Made by a program: the position numbers and the translations under genes. A stretch of 64,000 nucleotides of DNA from the NCBI GenBank assembly GCA_041489255.1, contig JBGPQV010000007.1, forward strand, positions 4,006 through 68,005, read 5' to 3'. Origin of the DNA: Thermoplasmata archaeon (GTDB lineage: Archaea > Thermoplasmatota > Thermoplasmata > RBG-16-68-12 > JAFNFQ01). The notes beneath the pieces were generated by a model, which did no database searches, was not told the DNA's origin, and saw only the letters and a program-made list of their open reading frames with translations. Numbering within the stretch: the stretch's first letter is position 1; each line of letters starts with the position of its first letter. Below, piece by piece: positions 18,423 to 28,431 of this stretch.

Positions 18423-21400
18423 ATGACAGGGGAATCTACGAAGGAGGAGCGGAGCATGGAAGCGCCAGCCCTTCGCGGCAGGTCGCGATATCTTCGTGGA
18501 CTAGCGATCGCGGTAGTCGTTCTTTCGTCGGTCCTGGCGTTGTTGCCCGAGCTGTCGCGCAATGGCGGGGCCGCGCAGCCGGTGTTCAGCCGGCCGAACG
18601 TCCGGATCGATACCGCCGCACTCGCGGCGGAGGCCTCGATGGTGGGCGGCCCGACGATTGCGGTGGACGCCGCAGGCATCCTCCACGCGGTCTGGGCTGA
18701 CACACTCACGGTCACTGACAAGGGCATATTCTATGCGAGGTCGCTCGATGACGGCACGACATGGACAGGCGGGCTCAGGATAGATCAGTCCCCCGGACCA
18801 GTCAACATCGCGCCCTCAATCACGGTGGACGCCACTGGAGGAATGCACGACGGCAACATCTATGTCGTTTGGCAACGCGGCGAGACGACGAACGTCGAGT
18901 CGCTATTCGTCGAGTCGCTCGATGGCGGGACGAGCTGGGTCAACCTGCGCACGATCGACACGGCCCCGTCCGGTTCAACGGGCATGTATCCGCGCGTTGC
19001 GGTGGACAGCGCCGGCACGGTGTATGTGGCCTACATGGCGGGCAGCGTGGGGAGATACTCGATCTCCGAGGCGATGTCTGCCGACGGCGGCGTCACTTGG
19101 TCCTTCGGTTCCATCCTCCCGCCGAGCGTGAGCTTCCAGGGATACCAGAGCATCGCCGCGAGAGGCGGGCTGGTGTGCGTGGCCTGGGAGGAGAGCACCG
19201 CGCTGAGCGACGGCCTCTGGATCTCTGCGTCGATAGACAAAGGCTTCACATGGAGCAAGAACTCGATCATCGCGTTCGGCTCAGGGATGCAGGACGCCTC
19301 GTGGGTCTCCGTGGCCGTGGACGACAGCAGCGTGATCCATGCGGCGTGGGTGGCCGCTGACGAAATGGGGAGCTCCTCGGTGGCCTACTCCAATTCGAAG
19401 GATCGCGGCTTGACGTGGACTGCCCCGGTGAAGGTCAGCGACTCCCCGTCCTCGGTCACATACTCCGCCCACAGCGTGACCGTGCTCGCTTCCTCGGGCC
19501 CCCTGTATGTTGTCTGGTCAGACAACAGGCACGGGGACTACGATGTCTACGCATCATGGTCCGCGGACCACGGCGCAACGTGGGGCGATGGCGTGCCTGA
19601 CAACGATGTGAGGGTCGACGACACGGACGAGAACGGCGTCACCCTGGACGACGCTTCATTCCAGGCCGCCTCCTCGGCAGTCAAGGACCACGACGGTGTC
19701 TACGCGATATGGTCAGACAACAGGGACGTTTCGACCTTCAACGTGTACTTCTCCGCGTTCGACCTCTCCGACGTGATGATAACCGAGATAAGAGACAGCC
19801 CCGATGGCATGGAGGAAGTCGAGATCTACAACGCTGTCAAGGATAACGTGGACTTGACGGGATGGATTCTGGAGGTCGACGGGATGCAGATATCGTTGTC
19901 GCCCCTCGGCTTGATCGGGCCGAACACCTATTGGACGATCGGCGATCCCGTTTCGTCCGGCATCCCGCGCGACATCACGCTTGGTGATGAGGGGGGCATC
20001 GTCAGGCTCCTGGATTCGACCGGGGCGGAGATTGACAGTGTGGCCTACGGCCAGCTCGGCCCCGCGCCTGACCCGATCGATGGCGAATCGGTCGCCCGAG
20101 TCCTCGTCGGGGCATCGTACCGTCAGGCTTGGACCAGGGCGCAGATCCCCACATTCGGTTCAATGAACAAAGTGCTTGCGCCGAACTCGGGCAAAGATCT
20201 CGTGCTCAACGAGGTCTTCTTCAGCGCGGCGAACCCGGATGACAGGTTCATCGAGGTCCATCTCAACGGCGTGCGGGCGCTGGACATCGGCGGATATGTC
20301 ATAGCAGGCGACGCAGCCCACGCGCTCCCATCGGTCATCCTCACGGACACCGACAGGGAGTTCGCGTTCCGCCCCTCGGACGCCCCCGCGCTCTTCAACC
20401 TGATGGACGCATCGGGCGACAATCTCTACCTGTACGACCCCTCGGGGGCTCTAGTGGACATGGTCGGGTGGAGCTCGGCACATCCGCAGGGAACGAGCAT
20501 GTCGCGCGTTCCGGACGGCTTCGGGAGCTCGAGCGGCTATGACGACGCGAGTTCCATTGCGGCGGGCTGGATGTTCGATCGTAATCCATCGTTGCCTTTC
20601 GTGTCGGTCGGCCCCGACCAGATAGGCTATGCGAATCCTGGCGACCGCGTCTATTATGCCTTGTACGCGAAGAACAAGGAATCAACCGACGCGTACGTGA
20701 ACGTCGAGGCATTCCCGAGCGGGGAGGGTTGGGTGGCGGCTCTGCTCAAGAGCGGTGATTTGACGCCCCTGGCCGATTCCCCGGGCGACCCTGACAACAC
20801 CCCCGACCTCGGACTGCTGGCGCCAGGCGCGTCAGCAGTCTTCCTCGTCGCGGTCAATGTTCCGACGATCCGCCCCGGCAACGAGTCAGAGACGACTCGC
20901 GTGATGGTTTCGATCGCGTCGGACCCGTTGGCGAGGTCGACCGCCACCCTGAAGACCATGCTCTATCCTTACGAGTCGCCGACGGCCGCCGCCAGCCCGT
21001 CCACAATATGGATCACCAGTGCCCCTCCTGCCTGTCAGCCGAAGGAATCCGTGATGCAGCTGAAGGTGTCGGGGATGGGAACGCCGGTCTACGGCGGCAA
21101 CGTCCAGGACACGATCATGGTGATGGACAGCTCCGGGAGCATGTACGACAGCGATCCGACCGACCTGAGACTGGAGGCAGCGAAGCACTATGTGGATCTC
21201 ATGAAAGCCCCGGACAGGGCCGCTGTCGTGCGCTTCGCAGACACCGCGACCCTCGTCAACGGAGATTATCTGAGCTCGGACTACGCGCGAGTCAAGGCGA
21301 ACATCGACACGATCACCACTTCGGGGGGCACGGACATCTACGACGCGATCCGCATCTCGACTGACGAGCTCATCACGTATGGAGACGACAATCACGTTTG

Positions 21401-23840
21401 GATTCAGGTATTGCTGACGGACGGCGTGGAGACGATGGGTCACACGCGCGACATGATACTCGGAGAGGCACAGCGAGCCGCATCAAGCAATATCAAGATC
21501 TTCACCATCGGGCTCGGGAATTTCGCTGACGAGAGTCTGCTGATGGCGATCGCGGACATGACGGGGGCATTGTACGTGAAAGCCAATGCAGCGGAGGATC
21601 TGGACCAGATCTACCTGATGATTGGGAATGTCACCAAGGCGATTGCGGGCTACGACGACGACGTGACCGACGACATCCCGATGATCAACGTCTACCTTCC
21701 CGATTTCATCAACTACGTCCCCGGGAGCGCAATCCCCCCGCCGGGGTATGTGGGTGAGTACGCGGGGATGACGAACCTTCAATGGAATATATCTCAACTG
21801 AAGGTGGCGCAGAGCTGGACCGCCACTTTCAGGATCACGTCCGACCTCGAGGGGTACGGGGAGAGGGCGCTCTACTATCCGCTGAGCAGGGTCACGTACC
21901 TCCGCCACGACGACCTGCGCGTGAACGTGCCGTTCCCGGTGACGCTCATCGACGTCCTCGGCGTCCCCGTCTTCCCCGACCTGAGCGTGTCGTCCTCGGA
22001 CATTGTGTTGTCCTCGCCACCGCCGTTCGTCGAGGGCGACGTGGTGTCCGTCACCGCAACGATCCACAACACGGGCCAGGCACCCTCGGGACAGACGATG
22101 GCCACCTTCCACGATGGCTTGCCGCCAGCGCCGCAGATTGGCCCGAGCCAGCCGCTGAACCAAATGGACCCGGGACTCACGCAGGACGTCTCCATCCTGT
22201 GGACCGCGCTCGGCCCGGGGCCACATACGATATGCGTCTTCGCCGACCCCGGTGATCTTGTCGTCGAGGAGAGCGAGTTGAACAACATCGCATGCGTGAA
22301 CGTGGATGTGCTGCCGCTGCCGCCGACGATGCCCGATTACGTCCCGTACCTGCCTGAGCCAAGATCGCATATGAAGGCGGCTCTGTCCGCCACCGTGACG
22401 CTCTCTATCCTGGTGGCGAATGTAGGGAATGCATCTGCCTCGACGAGCTCCACGCTCGCGATCGGGAATCTCACGGGCCCGCCTTTCGCACAGTCCACGC
22501 TGCCGCCTCTGCCTGAATCCGGGACGTCCGCTCGGCTCTACGCCACATGGACGGCTCCATCCGTCCCCGGGTCCTACACCGTCAGAGCGCGCGCGGACTA
22601 TTTCGATGAGGTCGCAGAGTGGGACGAGTCCAACAACGAATACACTTGGACGATCGAGGTAGTGCCGGCCCCAATCACGTCGCTCGTTGTCGGCGACCCG
22701 CACCATGAAGCCGCACGCTCCTACGTCACCTCCTCGACCCCCATTGACCTCTCTGTTGATGACCGAGGAGGAACGGGCATCCTGTTCACGGATTATCGGG
22801 TGGACGACGCCGGCTGGGTGAACTACACGGCGGAGGGGCGTTTCTTCCTGCATGGTGATGGCGCGCACAGCGTCGACTGGTATTCCGCGGACCGCGTGGG
22901 AAACAGGGAGGCGATGGAATCCGCCGTCATCGTTGTCGACAATACCCCTCCCGCAACGACCTTGCTCATCGGCGATCCGAAGTATGCCCCGGAAAGTTGT
23001 TACGTCACCTCGCGGACGCCGCTGTCCCTGGAGGCCGAGGATGGCGGTGCGATGCCCGTGGGACTGGAAGGGACATCGTTCCGGGTCTGGGACGGAGCGT
23101 GGTCACAGTGGTCGCCCTTCGATTCTCAGTTCATGCTGGAGGGACCAGACGGCGTCAGGTACGTCGAATTCCGGTCCACTGACCTGCTGGGCAACTCGGA
23201 GGCAGTCGCCAACATGACCGTCATCGTTGACGACACGGCGCCTGCGATGACGCTGGATCCCGAGGACTCGCTAATCGCTGCCGACACCGCCTTCACGTTG
23301 GCCGCTGACGATGGCGAGGGGAGCGGGGTGAGGCTTCTCTGGATCAGCATCGACAGCGGATTGATTGGCCCTTACAGCGGCCCCTTCACCTTGCAGGGCG
23401 GCACGCACAGGATCGCCTACATGTCCGCCGACAATCTCGGCAACACCGGGCAGCAGGAGAGGATTGTGCAGGTGGTCCAGGGGGATGTGGCGCCGGTCGT
23501 CGTGAGGTTCAACTACAAGCCGACGATCGCGTTCCTGTTCTCGCTGTTGCTTATCGGGGCCGCGGCATTGTCGGCGAGGAAGAGGACGCTGCGCTGGTGC
23601 AAGGTCCCGTGGAGGAAGTTCCTGGTGTCATGGGCACTGCTCGCGATGCCGTTCGTCCTCGCGGAGGCCGTGACCGGTTTCATCTCCGTTTACTTCGAGC
23701 CGATGAGGATCCCGCCGCTCATCGGGTGGGGCATGGTGGTGGACACGCTCGTGCTTGGCGTTGGGACATCTGTGGTGCTGGGGCGGTTGCTGTGGCTAGG
23801 AGGAAGAAAGGGACGCAAGCCCGAGTCTGGGAAAACGTGA
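18423..23840 (+). CDS. giant surface protein: BNR/Asp-box beta-propeller + 2 lamin-tail domains + vWA + CARDB-like + Ig-like repeats + C-terminal 3-TM anchor
   Basis: signal peptide; six S-x-D-x-G-x-T-W Asp-boxes; LTD-like segments (ITEIRDSPDGMEEVEIYN / LVLNEVFFSAANPDDRFIEVHLN); vWA MIDAS (IMVMDSSGSMYD...TSGGTDIY...LLTDGVE); C-terminal hydrophobic helices; alternative ATG 18456 with better SD. Confidence 0.8.
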   Translation: MTGESTKEERSMEAPALRGRSRYLRGLAIAVVVLSSVLALLPELSRNGGAAQPVFSRPNVRIDTAALAAEASMVGGPTIAVDAAGILHAVWADTLTVTDKGIFYARSLDDGTTWTGGLRIDQSPGPVNIAPSITVDATGGMHDGNIYVVWQRGETTNVESLFVESLDGGTSWVNLRTIDTAPSGSTGMYPRVAVDSAGTVYVAYMAGSVGRYSISEAMSADGGVTWSFGSILPPSVSFQGYQSIAARGGLVCVAWEESTALSDGLWISASIDKGFTWSKNSIIAFGSGMQDASWVSVAVDDSSVIHAAWVAADEMGSSSVAYSNSKDRGLTWTAPVKVSDSPSSVTYSAHSVTVLASSGPLYVVWSDNRHGDYDVYASWSADHGATWGDGVPDNDVRVDDTDENGVTLDDASFQAASSAVKDHDGVYAIWSDNRDVSTFNVYFSAFDLSDVMITEIRDSPDGMEEVEIYNAVKDNVDLTGWILEVDGMQISLSPLGLIGPNTYWTIGDPVSSGIPRDITLGDEGGIVRLLDSTGAEIDSVAYGQLGPAPDPIDGESVARVLVGASYRQAWTRAQIPTFGSMNKVLAPNSGKDLVLNEVFFSAANPDDRFIEVHLNGVRALDIGGYVIAGDAAHALPSVILTDTDREFAFRPSDAPALFNLMDASGDNLYLYDPSGALVDMVGWSSAHPQGTSMSRVPDGFGSSSGYDDASSIAAGWMFDRNPSLPFVSVGPDQIGYANPGDRVYYALYAKNKESTDAYVNVEAFPSGEGWVAALLKSGDLTPLADSPGDPDNTPDLGLLAPGASAVFLVAVNVPTIRPGNESETTRVMVSIASDPLARSTATLKTMLYPYESPTAAASPSTIWITSAPPACQPKESVMQLKVSGMGTPVYGGNVQDTIMVMDSSGSMYDSDPTDLRLEAAKHYVDLMKAPDRAAVVRFADTATLVNGDYLSSDYARVKANIDTITTSGGTDIYDAIRISTDELITYGDDNHVWIQVLLTDGVETMGHTRDMILGEAQRAASSNIKIFTIGLGNFADESLLMAIADMTGALYVKANAAEDLDQIYLMIGNVTKAIAGYDDDVTDDIPMINVYLPDFINYVPGSAIPPPGYVGEYAGMTNLQWNISQLKVAQSWTATFRITSDLEGYGERALYYPLSRVTYLRHDDLRVNVPFPVTLIDVLGVPVFPDLSVSSSDIVLSSPPPFVEGDVVSVTATIHNTGQAPSGQTMATFHDGLPPAPQIGPSQPLNQMDPGLTQDVSILWTALGPGPHTICVFADPGDLVVEESELNNIACVNVDVLPLPPTMPDYVPYLPEPRSHMKAALSATVTLSILVANVGNASASTSSTLAIGNLTGPPFAQSTLPPLPESGTSARLYATWTAPSVPGSYTVRARADYFDEVAEWDESNNEYTWTIEVVPAPITSLVVGDPHHEAARSYVTSSTPIDLSVDDRGGTGILFTDYRVDDAGWVNYTAEGRFFLHGDGAHSVDWYSADRVGNREAMESAVIVVDNTPPATTLLIGDPKYAPESCYVTSRTPLSLEAEDGGAMPVGLEGTSFRVWDGAWSQWSPFDSQFMLEGPDGVRYVEFRSTDLLGNSEAVANMTVIVDDTAPAMTLDPEDSLIAADTAFTLAADDGEGSGVRLLWISIDSGLIGPYSGPFTLQGGTHRIAYMSADNLGNTGQQERIVQVVQGDVAPVVVRFNYKPTIAFLFSLLLIGAAALSARKRTLRWCKVPWRKFLVSWALLAMPFVLAEAVTGFISVYFEPMRIPPLIGWGMVVDTLVLGVGTSVVLGRLLWLGGRKGRKPESGKT

Positions 23841-23904
23841 CGAAACCTCCGGACACCGCAGAACTGACGCTCACCTGCTCGAAATCGTCTTATACTGGCC
23901 GCCC

Positions 23905-24735
23905 GTGAATAAGGAATCGAGGACGGCGGGAGTCACGCTTCGCAACACCTTTGTGCACATCCCCGGCGTGGGTTACTCGACCGAGCGTCATCTCTGGGAA
24001 AAGGGTGTGCAGACCTGGGACGACTTCCGCGAGGAGCAAGGGACGCTCGACTTGCGTTCCGACGTCCTGGCGGCGATCTCGGGCGGCCTCGATATCTCCG
24101 AGGACTCGTTGAAACGCCTCGACCACGTCTACTTCGCCAACGCCCTGCCTAGCCGGGAGTACTGGCGGGCGTATCCGGACTTCAAGCACGAGACGGCGTT
24201 CTTGGACATCGAGACGACCGGCCTGAGCCCCGAGGACAGCGTCGTGACGGTCATTGGCCTGTTCGACGGTCACAAGATGAGCTCGTTCGTGAGGGGGGAT
24301 AACATCAGCGAGTTCCCGTCGGAGATGCGGCGCTACAAGCAGATAGTGACGTACAATGGGGCGAGGTTCGACCTCCCGTTCCTGCAGCAGGCCTTCAAGG
24401 GGATCCGCTTCGAGCAGATACACATCGACCTGCGCTATCCTCTGCGCCGCCTCGGCTTCGCCGGCGGGCTGAAGGCGATCGAGAGGCGGCTCGGCATAGG
24501 CCGGAGCGGCGAGACGAGGGACCTGACCGGCCTTGACGCGGTGAGGCTCTGGCACGCCTACGAACAGGGGGACGACCATGCTCTGGACATCCTCTTGGAG
24601 TACAACGCAGAGGACGTGAGGAACCTCGAGGCGCTCATGGACCTCTCGTACTGCAGTCTGAAGAACGTCTACCTGCGCCACGGCTTCGCTTCGGGCGACG
24701 AATGGCGGGCGGACCTGAAGGTCAGCATTCCTTGA
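23905..24735 (+). CDS. RNase H-like 3'-5' exonuclease (DEDD/YprB-like)
   Basis: Exo motifs FLDIETTGL, YNGARFDLPFL, EYNAEDV. Confidence 0.65.
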   Translation: MNKESRTAGVTLRNTFVHIPGVGYSTERHLWEKGVQTWDDFREEQGTLDLRSDVLAAISGGLDISEDSLKRLDHVYFANALPSREYWRAYPDFKHETAFLDIETTGLSPEDSVVTVIGLFDGHKMSSFVRGDNISEFPSEMRRYKQIVTYNGARFDLPFLQQAFKGIRFEQIHIDLRYPLRRLGFAGGLKAIERRLGIGRSGETRDLTGLDAVRLWHAYEQGDDHALDILLEYNAEDVRNLEALMDLSYCSLKNVYLRHGFASGDEWRADLKVSIP

Positions 24736-24738
24736 ACA

Positions 24739-25083
24739 TCAGCCCAAGCGGGCAACGCCGCGGTACTCGTTGGCGGGATATTTCCTCTCGTTCTTGCGGA
24801 CTTTCTCCTTGACAGCGTCGGAGAGGTCCCAGCCCTGTGCGTTCGCGAGGCTGAGGCAGTAGATCATGACGTCGGCGAGTTCGTCCTTCGCCTTCTCCGC
24901 CAGCCTCTCTTCCATGGCGCCGCCTTCGTCCTGCTCCCAGAGGAAGAGCTCGAGCAGCTCCGCCGCCTCGATGCTGAGCGCCATCGCGAGGTCCTTCGGC
25001 CTGTGGTACTTCTCCCAGTCCCTCTCGCCGACGAACTTGGCGACGATCTCCCGCAGCTCGCCGACGGTCGCATCGGAGTCCAT
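24739..25083 (-). CDS. MazG-like nucleotide pyrophosphohydrolase
   Basis: EAAELLELFLW....ELADVMIYCLSLA all-alpha NTP-PPase signature; ATG at 25083 (MDSD…). Confidence 0.65.
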   Translation of the reverse strand: MDSDATVGELREIVAKFVGERDWEKYHRPKDLAMALSIEAAELLELFLWEQDEGGAMEERLAEKAKDELADVMIYCLSLANAQGWDLSDAVKEKVRKNERKYPANEYRGVARLG

Positions 25084-25273
25084 GCCCGGGGATTGGGGGA
25101 TGGGGTTATGGTCGTTGCGCATCGGAGGATTGACTCGCGTGTCGATGGCAATTCGCAGTGATCGACTGGACGGTTCGTTGGCAAAACGACTTCTGGCCGG
25201 ATGCCCCTGGGAGCCGGAGCAGTTCCCGACCGAGCCGAAACATTAAATAGGATCACTTCTGCTAAATCGCCTC

Positions 25274-25864
25274 GTGATAGAGCAGATAATCGGCTTCCTT
25301 CTACTCTTCTTCATCACCGGCATCACCTTCATCTACGCGCTCTTCCCGCGGAAGGGCGAGATGGACCCCCAGTACGACCTCCTCTACCGCCTCACCTTCG
25401 GCGTCGTCATGAGCCTGGTGATACTCATCCTGTTCAGCTTCTCCCTGAATGCTCTTGGGACCGACACGTCAGGCTTCGGCTACGTCACCGGCCTGAACCT
25501 CTGGATCGGTCTCACCGTGCTCTCGGTCATGTTCTTCTGGATCGGGTGGTGGCGCGGGGCGTATCCGTGGATGGGCAAGCTGCACAAGAGCCTCCTCAGG
25601 TTCCCCCGGAGCCCGACATATTCGGTCCTCGCCGAGCTGAACGACGACAAGGAGACGTTCGCGAGGTTCAATGAACTGGCGGGTAAGCGTGAGAAGCTCA
25701 GGAGGGAGCTGAAGGACATCGAGAGGAGGGTCAAGCTGCAGACCGGTGGCCTGAAGGAGCACTATGAGAAGAAGAGGACCGAGGTGCAGGAGAGACTGAA
25801 GAAGGTGGACGACGACCTGCGCGAGCTCGAGAGGAAGAGGTCGGAAGCGCTCTACATCAAATGA
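25274..25864 (+). CDS. membrane protein (3-4 TM) with C-terminal coiled coil
   Basis: TM segments IIGFLLLFFITGITFIYALF etc.; C-terminal heptad-rich KREKLRRELKDIERRVKLQ…. Confidence 0.5.
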   Translation: MIEQIIGFLLLFFITGITFIYALFPRKGEMDPQYDLLYRLTFGVVMSLVILILFSFSLNALGTDTSGFGYVTGLNLWIGLTVLSVMFFWIGWWRGAYPWMGKLHKSLLRFPRSPTYSVLAELNDDKETFARFNELAGKREKLRRELKDIERRVKLQTGGLKEHYEKKRTEVQERLKKVDDDLRELERKRSEALYIK

Positions 25865-25877
25865 CCGAGGCGGGGAC

Positions 25878-26252
25878 ATGAAGAGGGTGGCGAGTCCGTT
25901 CGCATACAAGCTTGTCATCGCGGTGAGGGAGGACATCGAGTTCTCTCCCGGGAAGATGGCGGCGCAGGTCGCTCACGCGGCGGTGATGGCCTCTCTGGAG
26001 GCGAAGGCGAAGACGACCAAGTGGTTCTCCGAATGGATCAGGGAGGGCCAGAAGAAGGTCGTGGTGAGGGCGGAAAGCCTGGGCGAGCTGAAGGCGCTCG
26101 AGGCGGCGGCGAGGAGGCTGAAGCTGCCCACGGCGCTGGTCCAGGACGCCGGGATGACCGAACTCCCCCCAGGGACTGTGACATGCCTCGGGGTCGGCCC
26201 AGGTCCGGACAACATAGTCGACCAGGTCACGGGCAACCTGCCGCTGTGGTGA
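25878..26252 (+). CDS. pth2: peptidyl-tRNA hydrolase, archaeal type (Pth2)
   Basis: KLVIAVREDIEFSPGKMAAQVAHAAV…GVGPGP; ~120 aa. Confidence 0.85.
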   Translation: MKRVASPFAYKLVIAVREDIEFSPGKMAAQVAHAAVMASLEAKAKTTKWFSEWIREGQKKVVVRAESLGELKALEAAARRLKLPTALVQDAGMTELPPGTVTCLGVGPGPDNIVDQVTGNLPLW

Positions 26253-26255
26253 GCA

Positions 26256-26827
26256 TGAAGCCGCAGTCGCGGGTCCTGGGGATCGACGACGCTCCATTCC
26301 ATTTCGGCGACGAGAGCACCGCGGTCGTGTGCGCCGCCGTGAGGCTGCCACAATATCTGGAGGGGGTGATGGTCGGTAGCGTGGCGGTGGACGGGACAGA
26401 TGCGAACGACGTGCTGCTCCGCATTCTGCAAGAGTCGAGGTACGCTGAGGGCCTGTCACTCATCTTGATCGACGGGGTCGCGCTCGGCGGGTTCAATGTC
26501 GTCGATATCGACCTGCTCAACCGTGACCTCGGCATCCCGATCGTCACGGTCACGAGGGACGAGCCGGACATTCCCGCGATGGTCCAGGCATTACAGAAGA
26601 AGTTCGGGGACTGGGAGAGGCGGGCGGAGATCATAGGGAGGAAGAAGCTGCAGCGCATCTCAACGCGTCACAAGCCGATATTCGTGACATCTGCCGGCAT
26701 CGCTGCCTCTGAACTGAGGGTAGCAATCGAGATGTCGACAGTCAGAGGAGTCCTGCCGGAGCCGATCAGGATCGCTCACCTCATCGCAACAGCGATCGCG
26801 AAGGGGGAAAGCCACGGTAGGGCCTAG
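26256..26827 (+). CDS. DUF99/UPF0215-family protein (RNase H-like / EndoV-like fold)
   Basis: VLGIDDAPF…VVCAAVRL…LIDGVALGGFNVVD pattern typical of archaeal DUF99; ATG 4 nt after pth2 stop. Confidence 0.5.
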
Positions 26828-27858
26828 CCGATCTTGAACCTCAGGAATGCCCCGATTCCGCCGAGTGCCTCGAGTTTCTTGCCAGCCTCGTGATGTCCGC
26901 TGATGACCACGACCTTGCCGTTCTGTCTCTCCACCCTGCGCAAGAGTTCCTCCGTATCCCTGCTGCGCAGCCTGTCCTCGAGGACGAGGAGGGTGGCGAC
27001 GGCGCCAGAGGATATGGCGTCCTCGACCTCAGCAGGGCCGTACGCGTAGAGCCCGTCCTTCCCGATCTCCTCGAGGAGATGCTCGACGACCTTGGTCTCC
27101 TGGCCGACGCGCGTCTCCTCGAATATCTTCGCGCCGAGCCCGCTCTTGAGCGACTCGTTGATGCCTTGCATCCCGGCGTGGCTGGTGCCATAGCCCCTGG
27201 TCTTCTTGGCGATGGCGGGGTCTTTCGAGTTGAGGAACTTGATGAACTCCTCGCGCGCGAAGCCCGGTCCGAGCACCACTAGGGTCTCCGCGAGCTGAGA
27301 CTGCCTCAACTTCTCCAGGATTTCCTCGAAATACGTCTGCTTGCCATCGGTTGTCGGGAACATCTTGCCGTGGCCCGGAGCGTGGATTGTCGCGATTTCC
27401 TTGAGGCCGTACTGCCTGAGCTGGGCGATCGTCGCATCGTCGTCGTCGAGGCTCAGGAGGGAGATGAGGGGCTTCTGAGCCGCCGCGACGGCCTCCTCGA
27501 TGCGCTGCATCTCGCTCTCCCGCCATTGCTTCACGATCGTGAGGTCGTCCATGAGCGTGAGGTTCAGCGTGTGGTGCGCGCCGTGGTCCTGCGGCCCCTC
27601 CTCGATGACCCCGGAGATCCGCAGGTAGTCCGCGAACTCGTGGAACTCGACCTTCTCCACGCGGATGCCCAGCAGCATCTTCGTCTTGTCCATCCGATCG
27701 GGGCGGAGCTTGTCGCCCTTGTCCTCCTGGCGCCTCGCGGTCATCGCCCGGACCAGATCGCCCGGCTGCACGAGGTTGTCGAGGTGCCAGAGGTCGTCCA
27801 GGTTCTGTATCTGGAGCCTGATCTCTCCATGACGAATGTCCCTATGGATCACGCGCAT
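26824..27858 (-). CDS. pelA: mRNA surveillance protein Pelota (Dom34 homologue)
   Basis: MRVIHRDIRHGEIRLQ N-terminus, eRF1-like domains 2/3 (GPGFAREEF, ISGHHEAGKKLEALGGIGAFLRF). Confidence 0.85.
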   Translation of the reverse strand: MRVIHRDIRHGEIRLQIQNLDDLWHLDNLVQPGDLVRAMTARRQEDKGDKLRPDRMDKTKMLLGIRVEKVEFHEFADYLRISGVIEEGPQDHGAHHTLNLTLMDDLTIVKQWRESEMQRIEEAVAAAQKPLISLLSLDDDDATIAQLRQYGLKEIATIHAPGHGKMFPTTDGKQTYFEEILEKLRQSQLAETLVVLGPGFAREEFIKFLNSKDPAIAKKTRGYGTSHAGMQGINESLKSGLGAKIFEETRVGQETKVVEHLLEEIGKDGLYAYGPAEVEDAISSGAVATLLVLEDRLRSRDTEELLRRVERQNGKVVVISGHHEAGKKLEALGGIGAFLRFKIG

Positions 27859-28431
27859 TGCAATGCTGACCAAGGGCTGCAGGCATTTTATTCTATCGCA
27901 GGATGGCGACTAGAACAGGAAAAATGAAAGGGAGAGACGGGCAGGCAATCCCCGGGTCGCGGGGTGGATCCTGACGCGCGCCGCTCCAAAGAACAGAGTT
28001 CTTGAGCACCTCGGAGCAGAGTGCGGGAGAGAGCGGACTTACCGCTACCCGTCTCTTGAGTGATATATTGTCCGTGGAGCGTAATAAAAGGTGTCAGGCC
28101 AGAATCAGTTCTTGTTCTCAGTAACTGTAGCTTGGAAGGCGGGCAGATTCCACGCAACGCCAGATTTCACCAGTCGCACCTCCCGCCACGAAGCAGTCCG
28201 CTGCATGCGGTCGCAAGGGTTAAAGAGGCCCCCGCCAACTCACCGGCGTGCGGGACGAAGGCATCGGCGTCCTCTACTGCTGCGGCAAAAGGCTTTCCTG
28301 GGAGCCGCAGGAGGGGACGAGCGTCATGGAGGTCACCTGCCCCAAATGCGGGACAGTCTACGCCATGGACAGGGGCGATGATACCGAAGAAGTGAAGAAG
28401 TGACCCCATCGCAAATGATGTGATGGATTGA

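Noticed and set aside
28100-28431. RNase P RNA or tRNA in the pelota/aIF2-gamma gap
   Set aside because: No match by eye to conserved RNase P motifs (GGAAAGUCCGG, AGGGUGAAA) or to a cloverleaf. It is left as an unexplained intergenic region.
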